DNA of 55,112 nt, counting the filler, from an uncultured virus (IMG/VR IMGVR_UViG_3300005239_003333) (taxonomy: Duplodnaviria > Heunggongvirae > Uroviricota > Caudoviricetes). It is 5 parts of one record of this genome, joined end to end, with 100 filler letters (N's around TTAATTAATTAA, not from the genome) between each part and the next. Parts side by side here need not be neighbours in the genome. Positions count along the whole stretch, not along the records: positions 53,202 to 55,112 come from IMGVR_UViG_3300005239_003333; 4 more parts are not named here. One strand, written 5' to 3'. The first letter of the stretch is position 1. Each line of letters starts with the position of its first letter. Shown in pieces: positions 53,301 to 55,112 of the stretch. The notes under the pieces are model-generated. The model made no database searches, was not told where the DNA came from, and saw only the letters and a program-made list of their open reading frames with translations. Position numbers and translations under genes: made by a program.

Positions 53301-53323
53301 CCCCGCCTCATCTAGAAACGGGG
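53301..53323 (-). terminator. GC-rich hairpin downstream of ORF 53355-53591
   Basis: Minus strand CCCCGUUUC-UAGAU-GAGGCGGGG; weak U tail. Confidence 0.4.
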
Positions 53324-53354
53324 AACCTTCTCAACAAACAACTACAACTAGATC

Positions 53355-53591
53355 CTATTCAGGATCGGCAAAGAATGGACGAAGCTTATCGCAGAAGACC
53401 TCACTATCGGTATAGAGATCGCGAATCAAAGTGATAAGCTCAGGGTTAAAGCACTGCTCAACTACACGGCGGAAGGCAGCGGCACTGGCAGCATCCTTGG
53501 CGATGGTGTTGAGGGTGCGCACAGCTTGATCAAGATCGCCAAGAGTGATAGGGCGGGCGGAAGGGACGGTTGGTGTTGTTGTATTTTTCAT
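53355..53591 (-). CDS. small early-type hypothetical protein
   Basis: Preceded by GGAAC-N5-TATAAT-N6-ATG. Confidence 0.65.
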   Translation of the reverse strand: MKNTTTPTVPSARPITLGDLDQAVRTLNTIAKDAASAAAFRRVVEQCFNPELITLIRDLYTDSEVFCDKLRPFFADPE

Positions 53592-53597
53592 ATCTAT

Positions 53598-53613
53598 ATT
53601 ATAGCACAGTTCC
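53598..53613 (-). promoter_or_regulatory. GGAAC-N5-TATAAT promoter
   Basis: GGAAC TGTGC TATAAT ATAGAT ATG. Confidence 0.7.
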
Positions 53614-53615
53614 GG

Positions 53616-54038
53616 CTAGGCTATCTCTAAGCCGTTAGTGATAGGAGCTGGGCCCTCGTACTTGTAGGACGCTTCTAGTTCCTTCTCCTGCTGGCGCGCC
53701 TCGTACTCGGCGTTAGCCTTCGCATAGCACTCCGTCGAGAGCCGATCCCATTCCTCGGCTGACTCATCCTGCCAGTTGGTCCAGCGCGGGCGAATACCCT
53801 CAGCAGACTTATAGGCGTCATAGTACTCCTCCCAGGCCTTGGCTTGATCCCATTCGGCGGGCGTCAGGCAGCGCTCACCCTTGGTGTAGTGCTTACAGTG
53901 AAAGAGGATATCAGCCTCATCGTAGGAACTATACCCGCGGAACTCTCCCTCGGGCGCAGCCTCTGCCCAAGCCTTAGACTCAGCGCAGATACGATTGACA
54001 TGATTGAGAAGCTCGGCAGTGATATTAATAATTTCCAT
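53616..54038 (-). CDS. early-type hypothetical protein
   Basis: YYDAYK...GIRPRW motif; promoter motif upstream. Confidence 0.7.
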   Translation of the reverse strand: MEIINITAELLNHVNRICAESKAWAEAAPEGEFRGYSSYDEADILFHCKHYTKGERCLTPAEWDQAKAWEEYYDAYKSAEGIRPRWTNWQDESAEEWDRLSTECYAKANAEYEARQQEKELEASYKYEGPAPITNGLEIA

Positions 54039-54044
54039 ACCACA

Positions 54045-54060
54045 ATTATAGTACAGTTCC
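54045..54060 (-). promoter_or_regulatory. GGAAC-N5-TATAAT promoter
   Basis: GGAAC TGTAC TATAAT TGTGGT ATG. Confidence 0.7.
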
Positions 54061-54170
54061 GGAAAGGGTGAGCTGGTAGTTATGGTGACTACCTATCGGC
54101 TGCTCGAGAGCCGCTCTGCATTTGTACCGTGGAGGCGATGGCTGCAGAGCCCGTGAGGGTACACCAAGAG

Positions 54171-54323
54171 TTAACCTAAGAGGAATATCAGGAACCCAAT
54201 GCCAATGATCCAGGGAGCGTACTTCCACCCTAGATGGATTGATCCGAAGAGCACTGCCAGGAACACGCCTGTGTAGATGCCTACTTGAATTACTGGTAAC
54301 AACGATTGTATTTGATCTATCAT
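54171..54323 (-). CDS. small two-TM membrane protein (50 aa)
   Basis: Manual: MIDQIQSLLPVIQVGIYTGVFLAVLFGSIHLGWKYAPWIIGIGFLIFLLG. Confidence 0.65.
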   Translation of the reverse strand: MIDQIQSLLPVIQVGIYTGVFLAVLFGSIHLGWKYAPWIIGIGFLIFLLG

Positions 54324-54482
54324 AAAGGTATGAGAAGTTTTAAGACGTACTCAGGTCAACAACACAACAACACTAAAGGGTGGTGGGAACTATCAGCGGA
54401 CTCTGCTCTGAGGTATTTATAATTGTGCTCCGGCTGAAGGTCGTGATAGTTCCCAAAATTAAATTATTCCAATGTCCAAATT

Positions 54483-54752
54483 CTAATCATATTGTTTGCG
54501 GTGACCGGGATCGGACTCGGCGATGGTATAGCCCGCCCAGTAGGCCTCGCGCTGGAGATTGGTCATCCTCTCTTCCCCGATGCGCGTACCCTCGTAGGTA
54601 CCCTCAGGCCAGTAGCTGGGTTCCGGCGGCCGCGCATACCAGGCATCGGCTGCTCCTCGGTCGTAGGGCCCGCCGTGACTCTTAAAGTCGTCATAGCGCC
54701 CGTGCTTGTCCATAAATTCAAATTGCTCGAGTGTGGTATCAGTGGTTGTCAT
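54483..54752 (-). CDS. early-type hypothetical protein (start at 54752 suggested by promoter)
   Basis: HGGPYDRG.AD.WY.RP..P.Y, Y.AGY, K..D motif; GGAAC-N5-TATAAT-N6-ATG. Confidence 0.7.
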   Translation of the reverse strand: MTTTDTTLEQFEFMDKHGRYDDFKSHGGPYDRGAADAWYARPPEPSYWPEGTYEGTRIGEERMTNLQREAYWAGYTIAESDPGHRKQYD

Positions 54753-54758
54753 ACTACT

Positions 54759-54774
54759 ATTATAAGAGGGTTCC
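54759..54774 (-). promoter_or_regulatory. GGAAC-N5-TATAAT promoter
   Basis: GGAAC CCTCT TATAAT AGTAGT ATG. Confidence 0.7.
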
Positions 54775-54854
54775 TTTCCAGTGAAGGCGTAGTGCTCGAA
54801 TGCTTGTGCGTTAGTCATAAGGAACTATGATATAATATAAGAGGTGCCTAGGTC

Positions 54855-55097
54855 CTATGCCCAGCTAGAGTATGTATAAGGCTGCTTAGCTACCGGCGGT
54901 AGATCACTAGTACGAGGCGAATCGGCTCGTGGTGACTTAGGTAGCGGATGTCCTTCGTCTACTAACGACTGGTAGAACTCTGCTACCTGATCTTCTGAGA
55001 GGTACTTGAGAAGGGCTTCTAGTACAGTCTTATTAGTCAAGAGGCCATCGTCGATAGACTCTAGGAGTTGGTTGGTTACTTGGCGTGCGTTGCTCAT
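54855..55097 (-). CDS. early-type hypothetical protein
   Basis: R..TN.LLE.IDDGLL....V..ALLKYLSED.V; TATAAT 6 nt before ATG. Confidence 0.65.
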   Translation of the reverse strand: MSNARQVTNQLLESIDDGLLTNKTVLEALLKYLSEDQVAEFYQSLVDEGHPLPKSPRADSPRTSDLPPVAKQPYTYSSWA

Positions 55098-55112
55098 GCT
55101 ATAATTATACGA

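Noticed and set aside
54084..54165. tRNA on the minus strand ending in CACCA
   Set aside because: No canonical D arm or anticodon arm, T-loop is CUCGAGC, and acceptor spacing is wrong

Overview
This window is a concatenated scaffold of five contigs (1-5193, 5294-22432, 22533-25623, 25724-53101, 53202-55112). They are joined by artificial 100-nt N-TTAATTAATTAA-N linkers and contain internal N gaps and several apparent single-base frameshift errors. The content is a large, AT-rich T4-like myophage. Recognisable core genes are sliding clamp, gp32, clamp-loader small subunit, class Ia nrdA/nrdB, a DinG-like helicase, GroES, Hsp20, and head/neck/baseplate genes (gp23, gp22, gp21, gp4, gp13, gp20, gp15, gp5-like). 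The accessory content is rich: (i) a tightly coupled csgF-csgG-curlin-like-FecR-CHASE2 adenylyl cyclase operon that looks like a phage-encoded trans-envelope signalling system; (ii) a TGT/DpdA-like, P-loop kinase, queF, glyA, tRNA-Asn(GTT), tRNA-Glu operon suggesting 7-deazaguanine (preQ1-type) modification linked to one-carbon supply; (iii) a six-gene glycosylation island; (iv) a Mn-SOD with a possible capsid-targeting leader; (v) a PQ-loop transporter, an outer-membrane beta-barrel, and two DUF4032-like proteins (a weak hint of a Verrucomicrobia host); (vi) two fibre genes sharing near-identical cassettes. Transcription signals are TTGANN-16/17-TATAAT, T4 late-type (TA)TAAATA and a recurrent GGAAC-N5-TATAAT-N6-ATG motif, mostly placed for leaderless mRNAs. 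The GC-richer last contig has highly structured intergenic segments. All family assignments come from motif recognition by eye, not database searches.
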